DNA of 64,000 bases from Candidatus Omnitrophota bacterium (lineage in GTDB: Bacteria > Omnitrophota > Gorgyraeia > 2-01-FULL-45-10), in assembly GCA_026387175.1 (NCBI GenBank), contig JAPLME010000010.1, positions 62,096-126,095 of the forward strand. Reading direction: 5' to 3'. Positions 56,245 to 64,000 of the stretch are shown here, one piece after another. Positions within the stretch are counted from its first letter, which is position 1. Each line of letters begins with the position of its first letter. Both the position numbers and the translations under genes were made by a program. The notes under the pieces were generated by a model. The model had not been told where the DNA came from and did not search any database. It saw only the letters and a list, made by a program, of their open reading frames with translations.

Positions 56245-56269
56245 CGCCGTAGTTTGATTCGCGCATCTC

Positions 56270-56298
56270 TTGCAATACATGCCACCCTACGGTATAAT
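56270..56298 (+). promoter_or_regulatory. sigma70-type promoter giving a probably leaderless lgt-like mRNA
   Basis: TTGCAA (56270-56275), 17-nt spacer, TATAAT (56293-56298); ATG begins 7 nt after the -10 box. Confidence 0.7.
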
Positions 56299-56304
56299 TA
56301 CTCC

Positions 56305-57081
56305 ATGCATCCATTCCTATTCCAAGGCACGCCTTACGAGACGCCGAGCTGGGATGTTATTTTATTTGCCGGATTTTTTATCGCCTTGACAATAGCGCTT
56401 ATTGTAAAACCCAAAGATTTTCCGGTTACGCGCCGCGGTATCATAGCTTTCACCTTCATTACCTTATTTACCGGTTCACTCGGGGCCAAGCTTCTCTATA
56501 TCTTCCTTCACCGCGAAGAGCTATTCGGCGCTATGCACTTGTCATTCAGTGACGCCTTCCTATCATCCGGATATGCCTTTTTAGGTACCCTTGTCGCTGA
56601 GCTCATTACGATGTGGGCATTTACAAAGATCAGATTAAAACCGATCAGTTTTCTTGTCTTTGCGGACTTCTTAATGCCATTTCTTCTGTTACAGCAGGCG
56701 TTTACCCGCATTGGCTGTTTTTTAAACGGCTGTTGTTATGGCCCGGTAACAAACCTGCCATGGGGATGCGTTTTTGTGGATGAAACGGTCAAACGTCATC
56801 CCACGCAGATATATTTCGCCATAGCCCTCGTGATAATATTCTTTTATACGAGACATCTCTATAAAATGAAGCTGCCCAAAGGCATAGTTTTCTTCACAAC
56901 GCTCTTTACCTACGGCCTTTTCAGGTGTATACTTGAGTCATGGAGGGTCGATAGTCCTCATATCCTGGGGCCTGTCACGCTCGCGCAGGTCACGACATTT
57001 ACGCTCGCCGTTATCAGCGGCGCCTGTTTATATGCGATCATGGTACGAAACGGTCTTATAAAATCAAGGAGGAAGGGATGA
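56305..57081 (+). CDS. lgt: Prolipoprotein diacylglyceryl transferase (Lgt) family membrane protein, divergent
   Basis: GAKLLY, RIGCFLNGCCYG, LPWG, RHPTQIY, YGLFRCILESWR and about 7 TM segments. ATG56305 is preferred over TTG56254 because the promoter lies inside the longer version. Confidence 0.75.
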   Translation: MHPFLFQGTPYETPSWDVILFAGFFIALTIALIVKPKDFPVTRRGIIAFTFITLFTGSLGAKLLYIFLHREELFGAMHLSFSDAFLSSGYAFLGTLVAELITMWAFTKIRLKPISFLVFADFLMPFLLLQQAFTRIGCFLNGCCYGPVTNLPWGCVFVDETVKRHPTQIYFAIALVIIFFYTRHLYKMKLPKGIVFFTTLFTYGLFRCILESWRVDSPHILGPVTLAQVTTFTLAVISGACLYAIMVRNGLIKSRRKG

Positions 57082-57725
57082 AGAAATACGCATTCGTTGT
57101 AGCGGTGGTATTTATATGCACAAATGCCTATGCGATCGATTTTCCATGGTCCAAGCCGCCCCAGAAAAAAGATGCCGCTGCGGATACGGCTAAGCCGGCA
57201 GCTCCGGCAAAAGCGGTTGTTGCTAAGCCGGTTGTTCCTGCGGCTCCTGTAAAAGCAGTTGCTGCCGCGCCGGTTCAGCCGGCAAAGGCCGCTGTTGTGG
57301 CTCCCGCAGCCCCGGCGAATGCGACCCAGCCCGCTCCGGTAGTAGCGCCCCAGAAAAAACTCACCAAGGAGGAGATGATAACCCGCATTACTGAGGTGCT
57401 GAAGAGTCGTCCGAACCTGGTCTCCGTTGTCCAGGGGCTTGTGGCGACGCCAGGAGAGGACGGCGTTACAATCTATACATATAATGGTAAAAAGTTGGCG
57501 GATCTCGATGAGGATACGCTCTTCAAGATCCTCTCCCAAATAAATCAGCAGATTTCGCTGGATAATCTTCAGAAACTAGAACGCCAGCAGAGACAACTCA
57601 AGAATCTTCAGCAGATAGACCAAATAAATAAGACTCAGCGTATGCTGCAACAACAGCAGGCGCTTTCAAAGCCCGCGGCGCCTAAGGTCTATACGCCCCC
57701 TAAGGTACCCAGGACACACTATTAA
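57078..57725 (+). CDS. Secreted hypothetical protein with Ala/Pro/Val-rich linker and Gln-rich C-terminus
   Basis: Signal peptide MKKYAFVVAVVFICTNAYA (AxA site); ATGA overlap with the lgt stop; AAGGAGG-like RBS upstream. Confidence 0.8.
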   Translation: MKKYAFVVAVVFICTNAYAIDFPWSKPPQKKDAAADTAKPAAPAKAVVAKPVVPAAPVKAVAAAPVQPAKAAVVAPAAPANATQPAPVVAPQKKLTKEEMITRITEVLKSRPNLVSVVQGLVATPGEDGVTIYTYNGKKLADLDEDTLFKILSQINQQISLDNLQKLERQQRQLKNLQQIDQINKTQRMLQQQQALSKPAAPKVYTPPKVPRTHY

Positions 57726-57741
57726 AAAGTAATAGTCTCCA

Positions 57742-57771
57742 TCGTAGCCGACATTTAAATGTCGGCTACGA
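57742..57771. repeat. Perfect 30-bp palindrome (REP-like, GTAG...CTAC)
   Basis: TCGTAGCCGACATTTAAATGTCGGCTACGA equals its own reverse complement. Confidence 0.9.
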
Positions 57772-57810
57772 CATTGATGGTACACTTCATTAAGAATAGA
57801 TAATAACTCG

Positions 57811-57846
57811 AAAAAAAGAAGCCCGGCAGGATATGCCGGGCTTCTT
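57811..57846 (-). terminator. Rho-independent terminator of the cold-shock gene
   Basis: Stem AAGAAGCCCGGCA / TGCCGGGCTTCTT with a 5-nt loop, followed on the minus strand by a U7 tract (A7 at 57811-57817), 15 nt past the csp stop. Confidence 0.85.
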
Positions 57847-57861
57847 CATCCTAAGTCATTG

Positions 57862-58062
57862 CTATAGTTTTACTACGTTTGCCGCCTGTTCGCCTTTAGG
57901 GCCCTGAGTAACATCGAACTCTACATCCTGGCCTTCTTTTAAAGATTTAAAGCCATCCCCCTGGATAACGCTGTGATGCACGAATACATCCTTACCGTTT
58001 TCCGGCGTGATGAAACCGTATCCCTTAGCGTCGTTGAACCATTTTACTTTACCTTTTACCAT
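57862..58062 (-). CDS. cspA: Cold-shock protein (CSD family)
   Basis: [18 protein letters not shown] (RNP1) and DVFVHHS (RNP2); RBS AAGGAGGT at 58071-58078 on the minus strand. Confidence 0.97.
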   Translation of the reverse strand: MVKGKVKWFNDAKGYGFITPENGKDVFVHHSVIQGDGFKSLKEGQDVEFDVTQGPKGEQAANVVKL

Positions 58063-58184
58063 TATTCACTACCTCCTTCCGGTGGAATTAATAGTAAATA
58101 ATGGCATTATATGAGGCCCTATTTACTACCGGGCGCATTTTACCATTTTCCTTAGATGCCGGCCAGCACTTTTTTAAAAAACTC

Positions 58185-58214
58185 TTGATATAATGCCCCT
58201 TAAGAGGCTATAAT
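58185..58214 (+). promoter_or_regulatory. Putative sigma70 promoter for the patatin operon
   Basis: TTGATA (58185-58190), 18-nt spacer, TATAAT (58209-58214), 15 nt before ATG58230. Confidence 0.5.
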
Positions 58215-58229
58215 CTGGTTGATAAACAT

Positions 58230-59465
58230 ATGATAAAGATATCCCGCATAAAAATACCGCTGGCAATATTATTGATATCGGCATTTATTCTCTCCGGATG
58301 CTCGGAAGGAAGGCGTGCCGTTCCTCAGGCCCTTGCCGATAAAGCGGAAGTTCCGGGAATGCCCGGAGTCCGCTCCAATTGTGATTCTACTAACCCTTTA
58401 ATGGAAAAGAGCCTTCTCGAATCATTTAAATACGAATATCCCACCTATTTCCCGTCAGACGCTGATGGAGTGAAAACATACTCTTCGCTCGCCATATCCG
58501 GAGGCGCCGATAATGGCGCTTATGGCGCCGGAGTATTAAAGGGCTGGTCGGAAGCAGGTTCCCGGCCCGTCTTTAAAGTTGTCACGGGGGTCAGCACCGG
58601 GGCACTCATTGCCCCCTATGCTTTCTTAGGCAGTGAATACGATAAAGAAGTAGAGACTCTATTTACGAATATATCCACTGATGACATAGTAAAACGTAAA
58701 GGCTTCTTAAGCGGGGTCTTCGGAAACTCACTCACAAGCTCGGAACCTCTGGCAAGACTGATATCGGCCTCTGTGAACGATCGTCTATTGAGCGACATTG
58801 CCCGTGAATATGGCCGCGGCAGGCGCCTCTTTGTCGGCACGGTGAATCTGGATGCCTGCAAGCTGATCATATGGGATATGGGAGCGATCGCGGTGCTGGC
58901 ATCGCGCGGAAATCTTCAGGCCAGGGAACTCTTTAAGAAAGTGCTGCTTGCCTCAGCGTCTATACCCGTCACATTTTCCCCGGTACTGATAGACGTGGAA
59001 GCGGACGGGAAGATGTATAAGGAGATGCATGTCGACGGCGGCACGCTCTCCCAGGTCTTCTTTATATACGGCCTGGCGCATAACCTGCGGAAAATGGCCG
59101 GGAAGGCCGGTGTAGATATCTCCAAGGTAAAGGCGAAACTTTACGTGATCCGTAATGGCAAAGTAACACCCGGATATAAGGAGATGAAGAGCTGGCTGGG
59201 CGCGATAGCTGAAAGGTCCATCGATGCCATGACCGGAGCGCAGACTGTAGGCGATATCTACAGGCTATATGCCATCTCCGTGGAAAAGGGCAATGATTTC
59301 AACCTCGCGTATATACCGGACAATTATGTTTCGGGCAAGAAGGAATTTTTTGATAAGTACGAAATGCGCCGGCTCTTCGAGCGCGGTTATCAGGACGCCC
59401 TTAAAGGGTATTCCTGGCATAAAACCCCTCCGGGATGGGAGAAGACATTGGCCGGGGAAGAATGA
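58230..59465 (+). CDS. Patatin-like phospholipase family lipoprotein (paralog 1)
   Basis: Lipobox ILSG-C; Gly-rich SGGADNGAYGAG; nucleophile GVSTG; HVDGG. Confidence 0.9.
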   Translation: MIKISRIKIPLAILLISAFILSGCSEGRRAVPQALADKAEVPGMPGVRSNCDSTNPLMEKSLLESFKYEYPTYFPSDADGVKTYSSLAISGGADNGAYGAGVLKGWSEAGSRPVFKVVTGVSTGALIAPYAFLGSEYDKEVETLFTNISTDDIVKRKGFLSGVFGNSLTSSEPLARLISASVNDRLLSDIAREYGRGRRLFVGTVNLDACKLIIWDMGAIAVLASRGNLQARELFKKVLLASASIPVTFSPVLIDVEADGKMYKEMHVDGGTLSQVFFIYGLAHNLRKMAGKAGVDISKVKAKLYVIRNGKVTPGYKEMKSWLGAIAERSIDAMTGAQTVGDIYRLYAISVEKGNDFNLAYIPDNYVSGKKEFFDKYEMRRLFERGYQDALKGYSWHKTPPGWEKTLAGEE

Positions 59466-59475
59466 AAGGGTGAGG

Positions 59476-59742
59476 ATGATGCGTAAAATATGGGCAATTT
59501 TATTAATGATCGCGGGTATGGCCGTTTCGGCGTTTTCGGTAGCCTTGATGAACGATTTTATCATGTTGGCCCGGCCCATCATCTTAATGGGCTCTAAGCT
59601 TCGGCCGAATAACACCGTTGTCGAAAGCGCCGTTGCGATGGCCCTTATAATGTTAATTTTTATGGTGGGCTTGGCGCTTATCGTCATAGCCGGTGTAAAT
59701 ATAATAAAATCATTTTATAAACAGGGAGGGAGACCTTCATGA
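59476..59742 (+). CDS. Small two-TM membrane protein (88 aa)
   Basis: MMRKIWAILLMIAGMAVSAFSVALM...MALIMLIFMVGLALIVIAGV; fills the gap between the patatin genes and overlaps the next start (ATGA). Confidence 0.65.
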   Translation: MMRKIWAILLMIAGMAVSAFSVALMNDFIMLARPIILMGSKLRPNNTVVESAVAMALIMLIFMVGLALIVIAGVNIIKSFYKQGGRPS

Positions 59743-60956
59743 GGCGCATATTGAGATTCAGGCTTTTTGTTTTTCTGTTAATACTTTGCATGTCCGCGGT
59801 TATTTCAGGATGCGCCACGACACGCCATCCGGTGCCGCTTAATCTGGTTGATAAGGCCCGTATCGGAAATATGGACGATATACGGGCCGTAGTAGGAGAA
59901 TCCAATACCAAACTGCAGGAGAATCTGGTGCAATCGGTCAAAGAGGAGCGCCCCGAAGACTTTCCGATAGGGCAGGATGGCATAAAAGTGTATCCCGTCC
60001 TTGCCATATCCGGCGGCGGGGCTAATGGCGCATACGGAGCGGGCCTTTTGAAAGGGTGGTCGGCGGAAGGTTCCAGGCCGGTATTTAAGGTGATTACAGG
60101 CGTCAGCACGGGAGCGTTAATAGCTCCATACGCGTTCCTTGGCAGTAAATATGATGCCGATCTCGAAAAGCTTTACACGACGATGTCGACCAAAGATGTG
60201 ATGTCGTCGAAGGGCCCCTTCGGGGCTCTTTTCGGAAATTCGCTGGCCAATAATCGTCCTCTCGACAAAAAGATAGCGGGAATATTAAACCAGGACCTGT
60301 TGGATAAGATAGCCACTGAACACAAACATGGCCGCAGGCTATTAGTCGGCACCGTTAATCTTGACGCCCAGCGCTTTGTGATATGGGATATGGGCGCCAT
60401 CGCCGCCAGAGGCGACGCCGATCTATTTCGCAGGGTGATCATTGCCTCCGCCGCGATACCGGTGGTATTCCCTCCCTCGATCTTTCATGTCAAAGTCGAC
60501 GGTAAGCCTTACGACGAGATGCACGTTGACGGCGGGACCCTGACGCAGGTCTTCACCACCTACAAGCTTCTCGAGGGCATGCAGGGGGCCGCTAAAAACC
60601 TGGGTATCGATCCGTCGAAGGTAAAGGCGAAACTCTACATATTACGTAACGGTTATATGTCGCCAAACTATAAGAAAGTGGAAGACAGCCTCCCGTCGCT
60701 TGCCGACAGGTGTTTCGATACGATAATCAATGCACAGGGGATCGGCGACGTATACAGGATATACGTATTTATGAAACAGCGAGGGAGCGATTACAATCTC
60801 GCGTTCATACCGCCCGATTTTAAGCAGGAGTCTAAAGAGATGTTCGACCCCCAGGATATGAAGCGGCTCTTCGACAGGGGGTATCAGGACGCCGTCAAAG
60901 GATACAACTGGAGCAAGTGCCCGCCCGGGTTGACGGAGAAAGAGCCGGTCCAATAA
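59739..60956 (+). CDS. Patatin-like phospholipase family lipoprotein (paralog 2)
   Basis: Lipobox VISG-C; SGGGANGAYGAG; GVSTG; HVDGG; RBS GGGAGG upstream. Confidence 0.9.
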   Translation: MRRILRFRLFVFLLILCMSAVISGCATTRHPVPLNLVDKARIGNMDDIRAVVGESNTKLQENLVQSVKEERPEDFPIGQDGIKVYPVLAISGGGANGAYGAGLLKGWSAEGSRPVFKVITGVSTGALIAPYAFLGSKYDADLEKLYTTMSTKDVMSSKGPFGALFGNSLANNRPLDKKIAGILNQDLLDKIATEHKHGRRLLVGTVNLDAQRFVIWDMGAIAARGDADLFRRVIIASAAIPVVFPPSIFHVKVDGKPYDEMHVDGGTLTQVFTTYKLLEGMQGAAKNLGIDPSKVKAKLYILRNGYMSPNYKKVEDSLPSLADRCFDTIINAQGIGDVYRIYVFMKQRGSDYNLAFIPPDFKQESKEMFDPQDMKRLFDRGYQDAVKGYNWSKCPPGLTEKEPVQ

Positions 60957-60961
60957 ATATA

Positions 60962-61013
60962 TGGACATAGTTATCGGTTTAGGTTATAATATCGAATATC
61001 CGAATATTGAATA
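60962..61013 (+). promoter_or_regulatory. sigma70 promoter with overlapping repeat (candidate ArsR operator)
   Basis: TGGACA (60962-60967), 17-nt spacer, TATAAT (60985-60990), then ATCGAATATCCGAATATTGAATA with CGAATAT repeated twice and imperfect dyad symmetry. Confidence 0.6.
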
Positions 61014-61038
61014 ATAAGGAAATAAAAAATCTGCGGTT

Positions 61039-61314
61039 ATGTATATGAAAGAAGAGCGTATAGTGGCTGAGACGATAGTGCTGAAGGTAGGCGACGCGAT
61101 CGGGTATCATAGTAACGATAAAGCGGTGATTGAGAAGATAAGGGTGATATCCACCGGTAAGTTTATCGAACAGGTCAAGTATGACGGTGAGAACGATGAT
61201 ATTGTGCTGACTTTAAGGGACGGTGCGGGCATTTGTAGCCTCTGGCTTAAAGATAATCCTGTACGTATATTGGAAGAGAAAAAAGAGAAGGGCAGAGCAC
61301 TCCGCAAAAAATAG
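61039..61314 (+). CDS. Small hypothetical protein (91 aa)
   Basis: Intact ORF directly downstream of the promoter; the start could be ATG61045. Confidence 0.6.
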   Translation: MYMKEERIVAETIVLKVGDAIGYHSNDKAVIEKIRVISTGKFIEQVKYDGENDDIVLTLRDGAGICSLWLKDNPVRILEEKKEKGRALRKK

Positions 61315-61354
61315 ATCTTTCCCCGGATCGCAATAAATTAAATAGAATAATACT

Positions 61355-61684
61355 ATGGACGACCTGGCTTATAAAATTAAGGCGGATTTTTTGAAAGCGT
61401 TAGCGCATCCGTTGCGCCTGACGATTATAGAATTCCTGAAAAGCGGAGAGCAGAAAGTGGGGGTCATCGCGAAGAGGCTAGGTATCCCGCAGTCCAGCCT
61501 TTCGCGCCACCTTACGATTTTAAGAGAAGGCGGTGTATTAAAATCGAGACAGGTGGGGACGATAATCTTCTACGATATCGAGAGCCGTGATATATTCAAT
61601 GTCCTGAGGCCTGTCGCGGAGATGCTGCGCCGGAAATTAAAGAGAACAGAAAAGGTATTGGACAGTTTGGGGAAGGAAAAATAG
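61355..61684 (+). CDS. ArsR/SmtB-family transcriptional regulator
   Basis: FLKALAHPLRLTII, SSLSRHLTILREGGVL, RQVGTIIFY winged-HTH motifs. Confidence 0.92.
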   Translation: MDDLAYKIKADFLKALAHPLRLTIIEFLKSGEQKVGVIAKRLGIPQSSLSRHLTILREGGVLKSRQVGTIIFYDIESRDIFNVLRPVAEMLRRKLKRTEKVLDSLGKEK

Positions 61685-61689
61685 AAGCT

Positions 61690-63513
61690 TTGTCCGGAAT
61701 ATTGATATTCGATCCGCTTTCGTTATTCTTTCTTGTGGTGATCTCCATCGTTTCGCTGCCCTCGGCCGTTTACTCGATAGGTTATCTAAGAGGGGAATGC
61801 GCCGCCCTGAAGGCCGTCCTGGCATGGTCGCTGCTTTTCTTTTTCGTGATATCGATGGCCCTCGTGGTGACCGCAGGCAACCTCCTTGTCTTCCTTGTCG
61901 CCTGGGAGATAATGTCCCTGGTCTCGTACCTTCTCGTAGTATTCGATACAAAGAACAAAGAATCCGTCCGCGCGGGCACCATCTACATAGTGATGACGCA
62001 CATAGGGACAGCTTTTCTGGTCGCGGCATTCCTGATCATGTATAAGCACGCCAATTCGTTTGATCTCGCCGCTATAAAAAACGCCTGTACGACGATGCCG
62101 CTCCAGGAGCGAAATATCGTCTTCCTGCTTCTCTTGATAGGATTCGGCACCAAAGCCGGCATAGTGCCTTTACACATATGGCTTCCGTACGCCCATCCGC
62201 AGGCGCCGAGCCATATTTCAAGTATCATGTCAGGCGTGATGATCAAGACCGCGATATATGGAATAATCCGGTTTGTAATATTCATACTTGGCGTTAATTC
62301 TTCATGGTGGGGCGTATTAATTCTAATTCTGGCGGTCATCTCCTGTCTTGTAGGTGTCATTTACGCGCTTATGGAGCATGATATTAAAAGGCTTCTCGCG
62401 TATCATAGTGTTGAAAATATCGGGATCATTTTATTAGGAGTTGGAATGGCGATGTTTTTCCTCAGTATGAATATGCCGTATTTAGCTGTATTTTCCATGG
62501 CCGCCGGATTATATCACTTGATCAATCACGCGATCTTCAAGGGGCTCTTATTTTTGTGCGCCGGTAGCGTATATAAAGCCACAGGGACGCGCGATATCGA
62601 AAAATTGGGAGGCCTTATTAAAAATATGCCGCAGACTGCCGCCTGTTTTTTGATCGGAGCGATGGCGATCTCCGCTCTCCCTCCTTTAAACGGCTTTGTG
62701 AGCGAATGGCTGACTTTCCAGGCGTTCTTTATGGGTATTTTAACTGCCGTCGGAGGCGCCAAACTCTTCCTGGGTATCTGCGCGGCGATGTTAGCCCTGA
62801 CAAGCGGTTTGGCGGCTGCCTGTTTCGTTAAAGCGTTCGGCATAACATTTTTGGCGCGTCCGCGGAGCCATTACGCGCAGAACGCGAAAGAGGCCTCTTT
62901 CTCTATGAGGGCGGGTATGTTTTTTCTGGCCATCCTGACAGCCGTTTTTGGTCTGGGAGCCTCCTTTATTATAAAATTACTGGCAAAAGTCGCGGGAGCC
63001 GCGACCGGCATCAATACGCTCGGCATGAATTTCGCTTTAAACAATTTCGGCACGCTTGACGTTCATCACGGAAAAGGTATCTATCTCTCCACGCCTTTGC
63101 TGGCGTTCGTATTGATAGTTTTGGGTATAACGGCTTTTGTCATTTACAGGTTCTTCGGCAGGGGAAAGGCAGTTATCTACAAAACCTGGGACTGCGGTTA
63201 TTACACCCTGGATTCGCGGAATGAATATACCGCGACGGCCTTTTCTAAGCCTTTCAGGGTCGTCTTCAGTTTCTTTCTTCAGCCTTATCGTAAAACGGTG
63301 AAGATAAGAGATTCGTTCTATCACATAAAATCCTTTACATATGAAACGCACACAACGAAGGTTTTTAAAAAATATGTTTATATACCTGTCCTCACCTTGA
63401 TCTTCAGGTCCGCCAGGTTCATGAGAAAGATCCAGCCGGGCAGCATACATCTCTACCTATCCTATATATTTGTTACGGTATTATTGCTGTTATTTTTTAT
63501 GCGGAAATTTTAA
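61690..63513 (+). CDS. hyfB: Hydrogenase-4 component B-like (HyfB/HycC, NuoL/MrpD antiporter family) membrane subunit
   Basis: WEIMS, GFGTKAGIVPLHIWLPYAHPQAPS, LLAYHSVENIG, NHAIFKGLLFL, PPLNGFVSEW, WDCGY. TTG start. Confidence 0.9.
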   Translation: MSGILIFDPLSLFFLVVISIVSLPSAVYSIGYLRGECAALKAVLAWSLLFFFVISMALVVTAGNLLVFLVAWEIMSLVSYLLVVFDTKNKESVRAGTIYIVMTHIGTAFLVAAFLIMYKHANSFDLAAIKNACTTMPLQERNIVFLLLLIGFGTKAGIVPLHIWLPYAHPQAPSHISSIMSGVMIKTAIYGIIRFVIFILGVNSSWWGVLILILAVISCLVGVIYALMEHDIKRLLAYHSVENIGIILLGVGMAMFFLSMNMPYLAVFSMAAGLYHLINHAIFKGLLFLCAGSVYKATGTRDIEKLGGLIKNMPQTAACFLIGAMAISALPPLNGFVSEWLTFQAFFMGILTAVGGAKLFLGICAAMLALTSGLAAACFVKAFGITFLARPRSHYAQNAKEASFSMRAGMFFLAILTAVFGLGASFIIKLLAKVAGAATGINTLGMNFALNNFGTLDVHHGKGIYLSTPLLAFVLIVLGITAFVIYRFFGRGKAVIYKTWDCGYYTLDSRNEYTATAFSKPFRVVFSFFLQPYRKTVKIRDSFYHIKSFTYETHTTKVFKKYVYIPVLTLIFRSARFMRKIQPGSIHLYLSYIFVTVLLLLFFMRKF

Positions 63514-63514
63514 G

Positions 63515-64000
63515 ATGAGAAAGATATTTATTTTACTGAATCCGGTTTTATTTATTGCGGTATCTCCGCTTATAAGCGGCCTGATCGCCAGGATAAAGAA
63601 TAATATCAGGATGCGCCAGGGGCAAAGCATTTTTCAGCCGTATTTCAATCTTTCGAAATTATTTTCCAAGGGAGAGGTGGTCTCGGAAACCGCGTCCTGG
63701 ATATTCAGGACCGCTCCTTTCGTAGTCTTAGCCTCTTCACTTGCGGCGGCTTTATTGATACCCGTATTTATCATGCCTAATCCCATGTGCCGCATGGGGG
63801 ACTTTCTGGCGCTTATATTCATCTTCGCCCTGGGGCGTTTCTTCCTGGCACTTGCGGCGCTGGATGCCGGAAGCTCTTTCGGCGGCATGGGCTCATCCAG
63901 GGAGATGTTCATCTCGAGCCTGGTCGAGCCCGTGGCCTGCCTGGTGGTCCTGTCTATATCGCTGCAGTTCGGCTCGACAAATATTTCGGCGTTCAGCGGC
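63515..64000 (+). CDS. hyfC: Hydrogenase-4 component C-like (HyfC/HycD, NuoH family), truncated at window end
   Basis: Read manually from ATG63515: MRKIFILLNP...RQGQSIFQPYFNLSKLFSK...ALDAGSSFGGMGSSREM...VEP; frame open to base 64000. Confidence 0.88.
   Translation, partial: MRKIFILLNPVLFIAVSPLISGLIARIKNNIRMRQGQSIFQPYFNLSKLFSKGEVVSETASWIFRTAPFVVLASSLAAALLIPVFIMPNPMCRMGDFLALIFIFALGRFFLALAALDAGSSFGGMGSSREMFISSLVEPVACLVVLSISLQFGSTNISAFSG

Noticed and set aside
54770-54800. AFSGG-M as a double-glycine C39 cleavage site
   Set aside because: It lacks the LSxxELxxIxGG leader consensus, and GG dipeptides are abundant in this protein.
56254-56304. TTG56254 start for lgt
   Set aside because: The extension contains the -35/-10 promoter itself and has no RBS; ATG56305 fits better.
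58092-58145. Structured csp 5'-UTR (TAGTAAATA/TATTTACTA stem) and extended -10 TGGTAAAAT on the minus strand as a novel ncRNA or thermosensor
   Set aside because: It is a plausible csp leader, but the stem is short and AT-rich, and there is no evidence for an independent RNA.
59269-59475. 157-aa version of the small membrane ORF
   Set aside because: The first 69 codons overlap patatin paralog 1 out of frame; the hydrophobic protein starts at ATG59476 or ATG59479.

Overview
About 88% of this window (1-56244, + strand) is one uninterrupted giant reading frame of at least 18,747 codons. It is already open at base 1, so the true start lies upstream. The N-terminal two-thirds is a YD/RHS-like beta-hairpin scaffold repeatedly interrupted by inserted modules: a C39-like cysteine peptidase, two LamG domains, an F5/8-type domain, at least 20 dockerin/EF-hand loops, phage-tail-like beta modules, about 12 CBM-like jelly-rolls and several novel repeats. 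The C-terminal third holds three Gly/Ala-rich transmembrane clusters, alpha-solenoid repeats, a degenerate but motif-complete SecA-like ATPase, a SecM/RAPP-like arrest motif (GIRGPP), TPR-like helices, a JAB/MPN-like HSHP domain and an alpha/beta tail. This resembles the giant proteins of host-dependent Omnitrophota-type bacteria; the taxonomy is an inference. Downstream lie a leaderless Lgt-family gene, a secreted Ala/Pro-rich protein, a perfect 30-bp palindrome, a cold-shock gene, two tandem patatin-like lipoproteins and an ArsR-led hyfB/hyfC-like operon that runs off the window. All domain calls are from manual motif reading; no database searches were run.
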